Assembly (NCBI GenBank): GCA_977017645.1
Contig: OZ360225.1
Span: forward strand, 56,420,001-56,484,000
Length of the DNA: 64,000 bases
Direction of reading: 5' to 3'
Source: Torpedo marmorata
Lineage: Eukaryota
Position numbers and translations under genes: made by a program. Position 1 is the stretch's first letter. Every line of letters begins with the position of its first letter. Positions 50,013 through 62,713 of this stretch are shown in pieces. A model generated the notes under the pieces. That model made no database searches and was not told where the DNA came from. It saw only the letters and a list, made by a program, of their open reading frames with translations.

Positions 50013-50735
50013 GTGAGCTTGTTTTCCTGTTGGTATTATTTTTTATCATGGGTTCACTTTTAGGCCAAATGGCCTCTTTCTGTGCTGCGAATTTCTATGA
50101 TTTCTGAACTGATGCTTGGCTAATTCATAGGTGTCCTCAATGATCATGACCATTGCTGATGCACATTGGGGTGAAAGATTGCTTGGACTGGGTGGGAATG
50201 TGGAATTGAGGTCACTCTCAGATCAGCTAAAATTCATTAAAAGGCAGAGCAGGGCTGAGGGACCCTGTTGTCTACAACTGCTCCTTACTTGTGCATTCAA
50301 AAGTCTGATAAGATCAAGCTGGCATATGAAGGAGGGGATTCAGAGTGGGTATATGTGGTCAGCGTGCAGGGGGAGAATGATTTGGATTACAACGGCTCCC
50401 TTTGCTTCTTTTTTTTACCTATTGTTGAGGGGTGGTGAGAATATTTCTCTTGAATGAGTGACGGGAGGGTTGTTGCTCCTTCTCCATTCTGCCAACATGC
50501 CACCACATAATCAGCCCTGGGGCAGCAACTCTACAGTTGTCCTTTGTGGCAAGAGTGTTGGCCATTGATGTCTTAAGCTCATGATATCCATTGGACCATG
50601 CAAGCTTTGGGGGCCTAGGCGACCAAGCCTCAGTACTTTCCGTGATGTGCCATCTGCTCATTTTCACCGTCTCGTCCAAAATAATGTTTGATGTAGAGTT
50701 ATAACTGCTTACATAATTTATGTTTTATTTTGAAG

Positions 50736-50789
50736 GGACTGCCTGGCAAACAGGGTATTCCAGGCCCACGTGGATCCCCAGGCATACAG
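50736..50789 (+). CDS. COL21A1: 54-nt Gly-X-Y exon (GLPGKQGIPGPRGSPGIQ)
   Basis: tgaag acceptor and gtaatg donor; ends GSPGIQ as in remembered collagen XXI. Confidence 0.92.
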
Positions 50790-51880
50790 GTAATGCACTG
50801 TAGCTTAGTAGTAACTAATAGCTATGAATTATATCGTTATAGACTTGCATATAAGATGACCATTTATCTATCTGCTCTATCCCTTCACATTGTTCATCTA
50901 CTTCCTTGCTGTTACTATCAAACTAATAGCTGTCTTGTCCTCTTTTAAGTTATCTAGCCCCAGCACAACCTTCTGTTTTCCCATCCCTGATTGCCTGAAT
51001 TTATTTTTGTATGAATTTTTAAAAATCTATTTAACCACAATTTTTTATTACATTTCTAACAGAATGTTCCTGGATCTAAATTTACTAAAGACCATGTTAA
51101 TCAATGGGCTCATCCCACCACATTCTACCAAAAGTCATACTCTCAAATATGTATCAGGGAGAGAGACTCCCTCATGGTCCCTTATACTGGAGTGTCCAAA
51201 ACTAATCTCCTTCTTCCCACCAAATATTTACTCACGTTTCACTTAAATCATGCATTGAATTGTGTCTCAAACACTCCATGTTGAAAATTTGTTCCAATGA
51301 TCCTTCCTATAATGAAATTTCACCTCTCCCCAATTTGGAGAGGATTTTAATTCCATGACTCCTTCTCTTGGATTCCATAATTAAGGAAGTCAATTTTTCC
51401 ATGTGTACTCCATCAAAATCTTCCCTAAGTTTAAAAAAAATCTCAGACAAATTTCCAACCTTTCTCTGTCTCAGTCATGGTGCCATCTTCTATGAACAAT
51501 TTCCAATCATGGATATTATTCAAGGAAACCAAAGCAATGAGTTTTCATTTGTTTAAATCCAGTAGTATTTTCCTGTTATCTTTCCAAAGTTTTGCAGAAG
51601 GTTAAAATTTCCACCTTCCTCTCTTACTTTGTTTCAACCCTAAAAATTATTTGCCAGATGATTCCATATTGAACTTTGAGAGACGTGTGGCTGGCAATGC
51701 AATGTCCTTCCACATGTTTCTCCTTTTTCTTCTACATCACTATGACGGCACACTACAACTACATTACATTGTCCAACTACCTATTCTGCCAAGCGGTTTT
51801 CTTGAAGGTTCTGGGAGTCTGTGACATTGCCCGCAATCTCTTCCTTCCTTATTATCATCAGTAAATTTTGATACCTTAGT

Positions 51881-52256
51881 CCGGGGTTTCCCAAACTTTT
51901 TCTTTCCACTCGCATTCCACTTTAAGTAATTCCTATGCCATAGGTGCTCTGTGATTAGTAAGGGATAACTTAAGGTGGTTCGTGAGTGGGAAGGGAAGGT
52001 TGAGAACCACTGCTCTAGACCCAATTGTTACTGAAATATTTTGCTTGAGAAAAATTGTCATTGGCCCATTTCCTTTGGAGTTATGAAACCGTGCACATAA
52101 TGAGTCAATTAGGTACGATTAAAACAGTGGTTTTCAAACTTTTTCTTTCCACTCACATACCACCCTAAGTAATCCCTTACTAATCACAGAGCCCCAATGG
52201 CATAGGGATTACTTAAAGTGGTATGTGAGTGGAAAGAAAAAGTTTTGGAAACCCTG
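51881..52256. mobile_element. Related hAT MITE, uninterrupted, opposite orientation
   Basis: Same arms and central segment as 35925-38345 in reverse complement; termini CCGGGGTTTCCCAAAC / GTTTTGGAAACCCTG; no clear TSD. Confidence 0.85.
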
Positions 52257-53177
52257 CAGGCTTTGTCTAAGCCCTCTTTGAGGCTAAAGTATTTTTTTGA
52301 TTTTGCAAGTAAAACCAACACTAATAATGGGCATGGGACAGTACTCACAAAATGTTATTTGTGATTGCTGGTTAACTGGAAACCAAAAAGCCACTCATAC
52401 CATGTATTTTGTCAATGTACATGCTTTGTATCTTTGCTGATGGCATATTGGTTACTTAGATATGTAACACATTAAACCCACCAGCAACACTATATGGAGA
52501 GGGGGCTTTCACAGCAGGAAGCTCTCAATAGTGGGATAGGGTGATCTCAGCGTGGGGAGGTGGATTGTCACGACATGGAGGTACAGTATTACGGTTAGTT
52601 GACTAAACCAATAACAGGGCACATCATTGGTGAAAAGCCATTAACATGGCACATCTTTGGCAGAAGGCAGGCTGCACGCAGCTCACTCTGAATGGAGAGG
52701 AAATGTGGGCTTCATATGTGTCATTGTGAGAACTACTGCTTACAGCTGCCAAATAAATGCCTGGTTGCTAGGGGAGATGTGCCACATTCAATTAATTCTA
52801 TTAAATTCCCAGTAATTGCTAAAGCAGAAAGACTCCAATATTCCAGCAGAAACCAGCACATGATAAAGTGGCACATTCCAGATGGAAGTTCTCCTCTCCT
52901 TATCCTTTGGCTAGCAGATCTAGATTTGCGTCTCTTCCTCATGGTTTCACAATTGAAATAAGTCATTTTTCTATACATTCTCTGTCAGGATTCACCCATG
53001 AGATGATGGGGAGTTTTTAAAGAACTACCGTATGCATGGACATACAGTATATTCATGTTTTACTTGCATTGTGTGTATTATCCAGACCAATGAAGCTGGC
53101 ACCTGTAGCTCAAAGGTGGTCACCATGAGAATACTCATGGCCATTGACAGTATCTATTGGAAAGAAGTATTTTATAG

Positions 53178-53743
53178 TAGTGGTTCTCAACCTTTTTACA
53201 CCCTACATCACCAAAAATATTCCTTTACCTACTGTGGACCACCTATAATAAACTCACTGACCACGAGTTGGAGGAGGGGTAATGAGGTCGAGTACCTTCC
53301 TAGACCACCTACTGGAGTTTTGTTTTGGTGCGGAAATTTTGAGAATTTTGGGGTGCTTTGTTCATATTTACAACCATGTTTCACATATTACTTGTTTACT
53401 AAATCAAATCATTACTAAATGGGGGCGGCACGGTTGGCGTAGTGCGCCAGGGATCGGGACTGGGGTTCGTATCCTGCGCTGTCTGTAAGGAGTTTGTATG
53501 TTCTTCCCGTGTCTGCATGGGTTTTCCCCGGGTGCTCCGGTTTTCTCCCACTGTTCGAAACGTACTGGGGGTGTAGGTTAATTGGGTGTAAATTTGGCGG
53601 CACGAACTCGTGGGCCAAAATGGCCTGTTACTGTGCTGCATGTCTAAATTTAAATTCAGCAATCTTTGCCATGTTGCTGTGGGCCATCCACAACAAACCC
53701 ACCAACCACCAGTGGTCTGCGGACCACAGGTTGAAAAATACTG
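53178..53743. mobile_element. Degenerate hAT-type MITE carrying a nested SINE
   Basis: Ends TAGTGGTTCTCAACC / GGTTGAAAAATACTG; flanking 8-mers match only partly. Confidence 0.5.
53420..53657 (+). mobile_element. V-SINE (HE1-like)
   Basis: Same family as 12229-12447; tail TGTCTAAATTTAAAT. Confidence 0.85.
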
Positions 53744-54560
53744 CTCTACAGAATACCAATTCCTGTCTATTCTGAGTAACATCCATTTGCCATTCTCACA
53801 CTTTCCTATTCATTATCCAACTTCCTCCCAATGGTGCAACATTTCCTCCATGTTACCAATAATACATTAATAGCAATCTTCTGAAAACCCATAGGAACAA
53901 TTGCATTTCTCTTAAGTTGTCTAAATAGTTCACTTCATCAAAACAGCTACATTAACTTTGCTGAAACTTGATTTGCCTTCAGCAGCACCACTTCCTCTGA
54001 AGAGAGCGAAGCATCAGGTTCAGTGGATATTTGTCTTGAATCACTGTTGATGCTCAGAAGTAGCCATCGCTCTGTGTCTGCTGCAATAATTCCACATCCT
54101 TTCTGTAATGTAGTGATGGAAACATAATGTAGTACAGGCAACCTCACATTGGGCAAGGAAAATTCACCCTTATTGAATTCACAAATCACTACCCAATAAT
54201 TGGAGATAGCGAATAAAATTTGCTCTTTCAGAATTTTTGTGAAAAAAGTAAATAAACACAATTATTTTTTCCAAGTCGCACTCCTTGAAGCATGCATAGA
54301 TGATATAGCCTCGCGTTGTGGACACTTGTGATTGTGGCCATATTCTAGAAACACAATCCACCTCTCGCTGTAATGCAGGGATCACCTGTAGTCTCGGTGA
54401 AGCTTCATGTAGACCATAGGGTGGTCTTCGTTTAATCTTTGTGCTCTTCTTTTAACATAGGATAAATGTATGCAATCCAAAATAGGCATCTATTCATGAC
54501 TCCTGCCTGTGTGACCCAGGCTTTTAATTCCTTCTGTAATGTATTTTCCCCTTTTTTCAG

Positions 54561-54614
54561 GGTAAACCTAGTTTGCCTGGACCTCAAGGAGAACCTGGAC
54601 CAAGAGGATACAAA
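54561..54614 (+). CDS. COL21A1: 54-nt Gly-X-Y exon (GKPSLPGPQGEPGPRGYK) with one Gly position read as Ser
   Basis: ttttcag acceptor and gtagga donor; AGT at 54570-54572 falls in a Gly position. Confidence 0.9.
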
Positions 54615-56497
54615 GTAGGAGATCTGTTCCCATTCCTCAATCAAACAGAATTAGTTTGTAACTGTGATGTTATGGCCTGAAAGTTATAGTGTGCCTCCAA
54701 AGGCGAGCTATATGGATGTTTTATGCTGTATCATTAAGTGTTTCAGTCATGTGGCCAATTCTACAGGCTGCATTAAGCCCTGAGAAACAAGGGATCAGGT
54801 GCTGCATAACCGCAGTTACATGTCATCCTCCGTAAGTTGAGGTGAGAGGTTACTGGGCAAGGGCCTGAGTCAGAAATTTGGAAGATCTTGGGGTGGGCTT
54901 GGGGTTGGAGTCAGAGATGATAACGTGGTTGGGGCCTAGGGCAATTTAAGGGTCAGGGCCAAGTGTGACTGAAGATTAGAGGCAATGGAACCAGTGGGAA
55001 TCAGGGTTTGGGACGAGAGATTTAGACCTTGGCAGTTGAAGGGTTGGAACAAAGGGCAAACGGGGTGTAGGAATCAGGGACGACTATCAATGGTTTGGGG
55101 TCAGAGATAATCAGATGTGAAATTGGCAGATGGTAAACATCATTACTCAGGTGGGGAGGCATGGAGGCAAGAGTAGAAAGCACTTATTACGGTGGTGTCC
55201 CTGTCCATGAATGGCAATGAAAACACGATTATCTGCTTCCTAAACCAAGTGAACTGATTTCCCCAGTAACATCACAGCAGGAGCGACATCGTTTGATGGA
55301 GCATGATAAGGAAATCATAACCAGTGCCAGGAAGTGCCTGGTCAAATTTCTGGAGGAATATAAATACACCAGAAGTGTTTCATTCTAGGAGAAGAGATTT
55401 TTAATCCCTTAGCATGAAATAAAAACTAATCTATTATCTAATTTCCAGGCAGATGCTTTAATTTTATTGAACGTCTCACCACTGAGACTCATTCAGAAGG
55501 AAAAAACAACTCCTTGCAAATAATTAAGATTAACTTGATCACCTCTTTGGCATTGTATTTTATATTACTATTTGTTTTTTAAAAAATGCATCAAAAACAT
55601 ACTAGCTATCTTCAACCATTCAGTATATATCTTTAACTTCAGAGTTCAGATCAATTGGTTATTTCATCAATATAAGGTGAATACACTAACTAATCAGAGT
55701 GCTTCAAGAACTAAAGTCCCTCACAATTTCAAACCTATGCTGGATATTCTCTTAAATACTACAACTCTGAATGTTCCTTTAAGTAGTCTCTTAAATCCTG
55801 GTGTGTTCCTACCAGATTTTTGATTATTTTATTGCTTAACTCAGTCAATGACTTAGATATTGTCCCTTTTATTAATGCTCTTTGCACTCTTCTCTAATCT
55901 TGCTCCAGACAACTGTATACTTGAATCGTGTTAATGAAATAAGATGAGATATAAGCATTAAGATACAAAAACAACTGCAGATGCTGGAATCTGGTGAAAA
56001 AAAACCCAATCTGCTGGAGGAACTCAGCAGGTTCAGAAGCATTAGTGGGAGAAGAAGAATGGTCAATGTTTCAGGTCGGACCACTTCAAGACCTATCGTC
56101 GACAATTCTTTTTCTCCCACTAATGCCGCAGGACTAGCTGAGTTCCTCCAGCAGATTTTTTTGCTCTATAAACATTAGTTGTTTAACTCTACAAGTGGTT
56201 AGACTTACAGCAATAAGCAAGCCTGCTCACTTAACTCCCTGAAAATAAGAAGCAGAACTGGGCACGGTACAGGCAAAGGTATGCTTCAAGCACGTCCTTC
56301 TCTGTTGAACCTTTACAGTCTGTAAACCAAATCCTGGCCCTCGACCAATGTTTCCTTCATTCATTTATTGTCACTGCAGATTTGCCTCCATCCAAGGATT
56401 TGTTAAAAGGAAAGTGGTTCAGATTTCATGAGCATATATTCTCCATAGCCATTTTAAATAAAACAAAAAAACATAGTTCACAAGAATCACTAACTTA

Positions 56498-57025
56498 TAT
56501 TTTTGTTTGGAGATATTAAAGGAACCAGTGTTAAAATGAAATTAGATATGTATCAAACAGAATTTTTACGTATTGCTTTGGCCGTTTCTAAGAAATGTAT
56601 TGCCATTACATGGAAATCAGATGTAGATTTAGGGTTAGAAAGATGGCATGCTGAATTGCGTTCATGTATACCACTTGAAAAAATTACTTATAATTTACGT
56701 AATAAATATCATTTCTTTTTGAAAATATGGAGCCCATATACAAAAACTGTCGGTTTAAGGATTTGAGAATCTCCACATATTGGATCTGACTGGCGGACCT
56801 GTGTTCCACTATAAAATTAGGTTATAGTAGTTTTGTTTAGAGTGACATTCTCCTTACTTTATCTTTTTCTTCTCTCTTTCTTTCTTTTCGGGAGGGTTAG
56901 GGAGGGGAGGGAGGGAGGGAGGGAGGAAAGGGGGGTGAAAATGTATCACATGTAATTTGATAACTTTGCAGTTTAAGCTATGTACTGTGTGATTTAAAAT
57001 TTTAAATAAAATATATATTTTTTTA
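56498..57025 (+). mobile_element. 5'-truncated L1 (same family as 36029-38061)
   Basis: ORF 56503..56766 is nearly identical to the end of ORF 37389..37805; TSD AATCACTAACTTA at 56485-56497 and 57026-57038. Confidence 0.92.
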
Positions 57026-57075
57026 AATCACTAACTTACCTTTTCACTGCACGATGGATTCTGGTTCAGATACTT

Positions 57076-58147
57076 TTTTTTTAATTTAAATATTTTATTT
57101 AAAATTTTTAAATCACAAAGTACATAATATAAAATGCAAAATTATCAAAATACATGTGATACATTTTCACCCCCCCTCCCTCCCTCCCCTCCCTAACCCT
57201 CCCACCCCTACTAATCTACTAAAATAGAAAAGAAAGAAAGAAAGAAAAAGATAAAGTAAGGAGAATGTCAATCTAAAAAAAAACAACTATAAGCTAATTC
57301 TATTGTGGAAGATAGGTTCGCCAGTCAGATCTGATATCCAGAGATCTTCAAATCCTTAAACCGACAGTTTTTATATATGGGCTCCATATTTTCAAAAAGA
57401 AATGATATATATTACGTAAATTATAAGTAATTTTTTCAAGTGGTATAGCTGAACGAAGTTCTGCATGCCCTTTCTAACCCTAAATCTACATCAGATTTCC
57501 ATGTAATAGCAATGCATTTCTTAGAAACAGCTAAAGCAATTCACAAAAATTCTATTTGATACATACCGGTATTTAATTTCATCTTATACTAATTCTTTTA
57601 ATATCTCCAAACAAAAATATCATAGGGTCCATTGGGAGTGTAATACTTAATACTTTGTCTAAAAACTTTTTAACTTTCAACCAAAAATCATATATCTTTG
57701 GACAAAGCCATGTAGAGTGTACAAAAGAACCTTCCTCTCTATTACATCTGAAAAATAAACCTGATAATGTCGGATTAAATTTCTTTAATTTCTTAGGTGT
57801 TAGATATAATTGATGAAAAAAATTATATTGCACTAACCTATATCTAACATTAATAATCTTTGTCATACTTTGTTTACATAGTTCTTTCCAATGTTCTTCA
57901 TATATTGTTACATTCAGATCCGATTCCCATTTTAATCTTGATTTATGAATTCCTAATTTGGGCATTTTTCTCTGTAACAATCTATACATTTGAGAAATAA
58001 ATTTATTTACACCTCCATTAGTAACTAATAATTCCAGTTCACTTTGTCTTGGTAAAGTCAAACTATAACCCAACCTTTCAACTAAAAATGCTCTAATTTG
58101 ATAATAAGCAAAACGTGTATTATTTAATACATTAAAACTTTTCTTTC
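57076..58147 (-). mobile_element. 5'-truncated L1 (same family), antisense
   Basis: ORF 57579..58073; poly(T) at the left end; TSD ATTCTGGTTCAGATACTT at 57058-57075 and 58148-58165. Confidence 0.92.
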
Positions 58148-58475
58148 ATTCTGGTTCAGATACTTGCCTTGAATACTAATCTGCATTGCCCATCTGTTTA
58201 CCTCACCTTTTTAAACCCACCCAAACTTATTTTGCTCCAAAGTAAACCTCCCAAATAAAACTCGCTTCCTATCCTGCAAAGATCCCACACCACGAATTCC
58301 CTTCAGGATCATGCCATGAACAATTATTCTTCATGTTATAAAAACAGGACCAGAATGATGGGAAAAAATATTGGTCAAAAATGATCCTATCTTGAAATGA
58401 GTGGTGCTGATGAAACACTGAAAGAATGAATCTTTTTTAAAGAGAAAATTAAATGTCTTGCTTTTGTACCATTAG

Positions 58476-58529
58476 GGTGAAAGAGGACAACAAGGTTTTC
58501 CAGGGATGCAAGGACCTCCAGGTGCAAAG
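58476..58529 (+). CDS. COL21A1: 54-nt Gly-X-Y exon (GERGQQGFPGMQGPPGAK)
   Basis: attag acceptor and gtattt donor; six triplets. Confidence 0.92.
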
Positions 58530-58628
58530 GTATTTTTGAATGAAATATATCAACAGTTCAAATCAATAGTTTTGGCTTCAAACACAAATGATAAATTTTG
58601 ATTTGCTCCATGTTGCAATTTTGTTTAG

Positions 58629-58682
58629 GGACCAGAAGGACTGGCAGGACAAGATGGATTACCAGGGTTTCCTGGAAAAAGG
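58629..58682 (+). CDS. COL21A1: 54-nt Gly-X-Y exon (GPEGLAGQDGLPGFPGKR)
   Basis: tttag acceptor and gtatgt donor; separated from the previous exon by a 99-nt intron. Confidence 0.92.
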
Positions 58683-60980
58683 GTATGTGGTTTTTTGCTG
58701 TATTCCCATATTCAGGTTTGGCTTTGTGTAATTGCAGAGATCATTTATGATGTGTTGCTCAAGGCAAAGTAATGGTAAGTTCAAGGCTCTTACAGCATGC
58801 AGTGTGCTCTGATGTGCCAAGTGGTCTGAGAAGAACATGTCCACAGTAAACAGGATGAGGTTCCACCTCCCTTGAGTTTGCTCCATCATTCAACTTGGTG
58901 AATCAGGGCTGATCTAATTTTGGCCTCATCCCCATTATCCTGCACGAAAAAAACAACCCTTTGAAGTCTTCTGCAACATCTCTGAGTTTGGACCTATTCC
59001 CACAAAACATTTTAACATGGTTTTTTTCTATTCTTCAATTCATGACGTCAGTTATATCTGTGCTCTGTTTTGAAATCCAGGGTAAAGCAACATCATTCTA
59101 TCTTCCTTAGGACGGCACAGTTAGTCGAACTGTTGCCTCTCAGCACCGGGTTCAATCCTGATTTGTCTTCCTCTGACTTCATTGGTTTCCTTCAGGTGCT
59201 CTGGATTCCTCCCACAGTCCAAAGACAAGTGGATTGATAGGTTAATCGGCCACAGTAAATTGCTCCTAGTATGTGGGTGAGCGGCAGAATCTGGGGAGAG
59301 TCAATGGGAATATTGGGAGAATAAAACAAATGAGATTAATGTAGGATTAAAATGAATGGTTGAAGGTCCTTGTGGACTGCTTCCAAGCTGTATATCTCTA
59401 ACTCTCTCACCCTGTTTCAAAACAAGACAATCGACAGGCCTCACATTGGCTCTATGCCTTTTATTTTCCAGTGGATCTAATGTGCTTCCTATTCAAAACC
59501 ACTTCTCTCAGTTGCATCCCCTGCTTTCAGCCAACACAGCCCTGTGGTATACAATGGCCTACTCTGGTCCAATTCTTACAATTTTTATGCTTGCCTATCC
59601 TGGTCTTGGAACATTGATGATCTGCACAGACCCCTGGAGAGAAATTTAACAGTTCATTCTGGCCTAGGATTCTGGCACAGCCCTTGCCTGTAGACCCCTT
59701 ACTGGGCAAACAACTCCACTGAGCCTCCTTCTCGTGGTTAAGAACATCAAGTAAACTGTGTTAATTGCCAAATTGTGGCAATTGACATTCAAGTTATCTT
59801 CTTCTTGATAAACATTCAACCAACCCCTCCCACCGTCAACAAAGTGGTCTCCTGCTGGCTGGTTCCCAAAATTCCCACTGGAAAGATGGATTTTATGATC
59901 CATTGTTTGGATATATTGACATGTGATCCTTATTCTGTTTAACACTGCCCTCAGCTTACATTTCATATTCCCAATGCCCACAATCCCATTATGGAGTGGC
60001 CTACCCTGGCATCCTCCAGTACTCTACCCGCCCCAATCATTTGTCTTCTCCCAAAGGTGCACCGTGCCTACACTGTGTTCTACTGATGAATCAGTCCAAC
60101 AACTCTCAGGAAGGATGACACCTTCTAAAGCAACCCACTTGTTCGCTAGTTCATCAACTACCATAAGCATTCAACCAACCCCTCCCACCGTCACACTATG
60201 GCTGCAGTGTGTGCTGTTATCAAAATGCACTGCAGTTACTCGCATGGGCTACTTCAACAACACCTCTCTTGACCAATACCACTAAGGGGGACTAAAGCAG
60301 CAGGTGCATGAATACACTCCCACCTGCAGATTCCCCTCCATGTCACACATCAACCTGAGTGAGAAATTCATCACCATTCTTTCACCATTGTGGGGTCTAA
60401 GCCCTGGAACTGCTACTACCCAGTACCAGTGAGGGAGCATCTTCATTGAAAGGACTGCATCGATTTATGACAACATCTTTAATTTTTTTTAAAATTTAGA
60501 CATACAGCATGGTAACAGGCCATTTTCTCCATGAAAGTTAAAGCTTGGCAATAATTGCTGGTCTTAGATGTCCAAAAAATCTTTGCAACAGATATGAGTT
60601 CCAATGCAGTGATGAGACCAGGTCTTTGTGAAGGTGATGTCATGAATTGTATGAACCAATGCAGTAAAACTCTAATGATCTGCTACACTCGGGAAATTGG
60701 TGGTACCGGACTGTCAGGTTTTCCAGATTATTGGTTTTTCTTCTGTTAATTACCCCAAACACCTTTAATTCACATTTTTAGGCTTTACACAGAATTGTAA
60801 TACACAATATAATACATTTCCCAGTGAACTAGGAGAAAGGGAACAGGAGTCCCAGTGGGTTGGCAGGGTGTGCGGCAACTGGGCCTAAGTGAATGGAAAG
60901 GGAGTGGCAAACATCACCTGATGAGCCTGGTGCTGATCCATTGGGATTTCGGAATAGTCACATGGTGGACTATCGCAGTC

Positions 60981-61232
60981 TTAAATTTAAATTTAGACAT
61001 ACAGCACGGTAACAGGCCCACGAGCCCGTGCCGCCCAATTACACCCAATTGACCTACAACCTCCGGTTTGCTTTTGATCGGTGGGAGGAAACCGGAGCCC
61101 CCAGGGAAAACCCATGCAGACATGGGGAGAATGTACAAACTCCCTACAAACAGCGTGGGATTTGAACCCCGGTCCCGATCGCTGGCGCTGTAACAGCATT
61201 GCGCTAACCGCTACGCTAACCGTGCTGCCCCC
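60981..61232 (-). mobile_element. V-SINE (HE1-like), near complete
   Basis: The minus strand starts GGGGGCAGCACGGTTAGCGTAGCGGTTAGCGC, with B-box GGTTCAAATCC, V-domain and tail. Confidence 0.88.
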
Positions 61233-62659
61233 GTCTTGCTGCAGTTGGCTTCATCGCCGCACACTTCAGCTCATCAATGTTTTGCCTTGTCAGTAAGCTG
61301 GAAGGAAAATGTGCTAAAGCATGGTAGGGTCAATGGGGCATGTGGGGTAAGGTCACCTAAAGACTAATATTTAAGGATTGAGACTCGATCAGAGAAAACA
61401 ATGAAGAGGATAAATCTGAGTCAAATTAGGTATAAAAAGAATATAAGAAAGGGAAGGGGGAGGGGAATAATGGATTCACCAAAAGAAAAAAAATACATTT
61501 AATAATGTTTAAATCTCAGGAGGAGGATTTTACCTTCAGAAATTAGGCTCAACAGTTTAAGCAGTTCTCTTCCTGCATCAACAAGTTTAATTCGCATTGC
61601 ATTAGCTATTATCCCATTGTTAAAAAGTGCTGCACCAAGGTTCTGTGTGTTTTAACAGGCAATTTACATGCAGTTATGGCAAATTCTTCAAAACTACAGG
61701 GAGGCTGAGGGCGAACGGTTATTTTTGCCAGGAAATCTGTGGAGTGTTGTGAATCTGCTATGCTAATTTGCAACTTGATGCAACTTTTCTTTCCCTGAGT
61801 TTACTTGCCAATCTGTATATTAATAGAGAACTATATAATGAAATTGATGGCTTTTTAAGGACAAAATTATGAAATAGTATATTTTATTGACCACAAAGCC
61901 AGTGGATTTCTGCAATAATATTTGGACTTCTTCGCCAATTTAATAACAAGCAAAAACTTAACTTATGTAAGGTTATAAGCCGACTGGAACTGGTTTAGTT
62001 CTTGTACTATTTGCTGGCGGTACAGATTGGTTTTCTGCTGTTCTTTTGAGGGGATGGCAGTGGTTTTAATTCCCTGGATTTGCACAAGGAACAAAACATA
62101 AATCATTATGGTCTATTCAGGTGGGCGAGTAGTTTGGCTCTTAATGCACTTGCTTGCTCCAAAACTTCAGCTAATCGAAATGATCAAAGGGGACACGATA
62201 TTGCCTTGATACTCAAAAAAAGAGATGCTGGAAATCTGAAATAAAAACAGAAATTGCTGGAAATACAATAGTTCAGGCAGCATCTGTGGACAGAGAAATA
62301 GCTTTTGTTAAATTGTTCAGTTCCCAAAGGAAATTATCCTTGAATTCTTTATCTACTAAAATTGATCTCTCATGAGACCATAATGGGTGAAATTTAGCAA
62401 ACAACTGTCTCTTGCATTTATGTAGTACTTTCAAAGTAGTAATCTGTCTCAAATAACTTCACAGAAGTTAATTGAGCTGTGACTTTATTGGGACAGGTGA
62501 CCAAATACTCTATCAAAGACATGATTCGTTTAATTTATTTATTACATTGCTTTCTTTAGTTACCTGCCAATAAGTGTTTAATTGTGCATATCAATACTCT
62601 TACCAATTTGGCCTCAGCCATTAACAAATTTTTTAAATTATTAATCGATTTCATTACAG

Positions 62660-62713
62660 GGTAGTAGAGGTGAAAAGGGAAAACCTGGTTCTCCTGGACA
62701 CCATGGCCCTTCG
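62660..62713 (+). CDS. COL21A1: 54-nt Gly-X-Y exon (GSRGEKGKPGSPGHHGPS)
   Basis: tacag acceptor and gtaagt donor; six triplets. The gene continues past the window. Confidence 0.92.

Noticed and set aside
35133-50735. Additional collagen exons in the 15.6-kb intron
   Set aside because: I found no splice-flanked Gly-X-Y run, and the flanking exons join in phase; a very short exon cannot be excluded by eye.
60981-61232. tRNA-like A and B boxes as a tRNA gene
   Set aside because: They continue into a V-domain and LINE-like tail and occur in several copies, so this is a SINE head.
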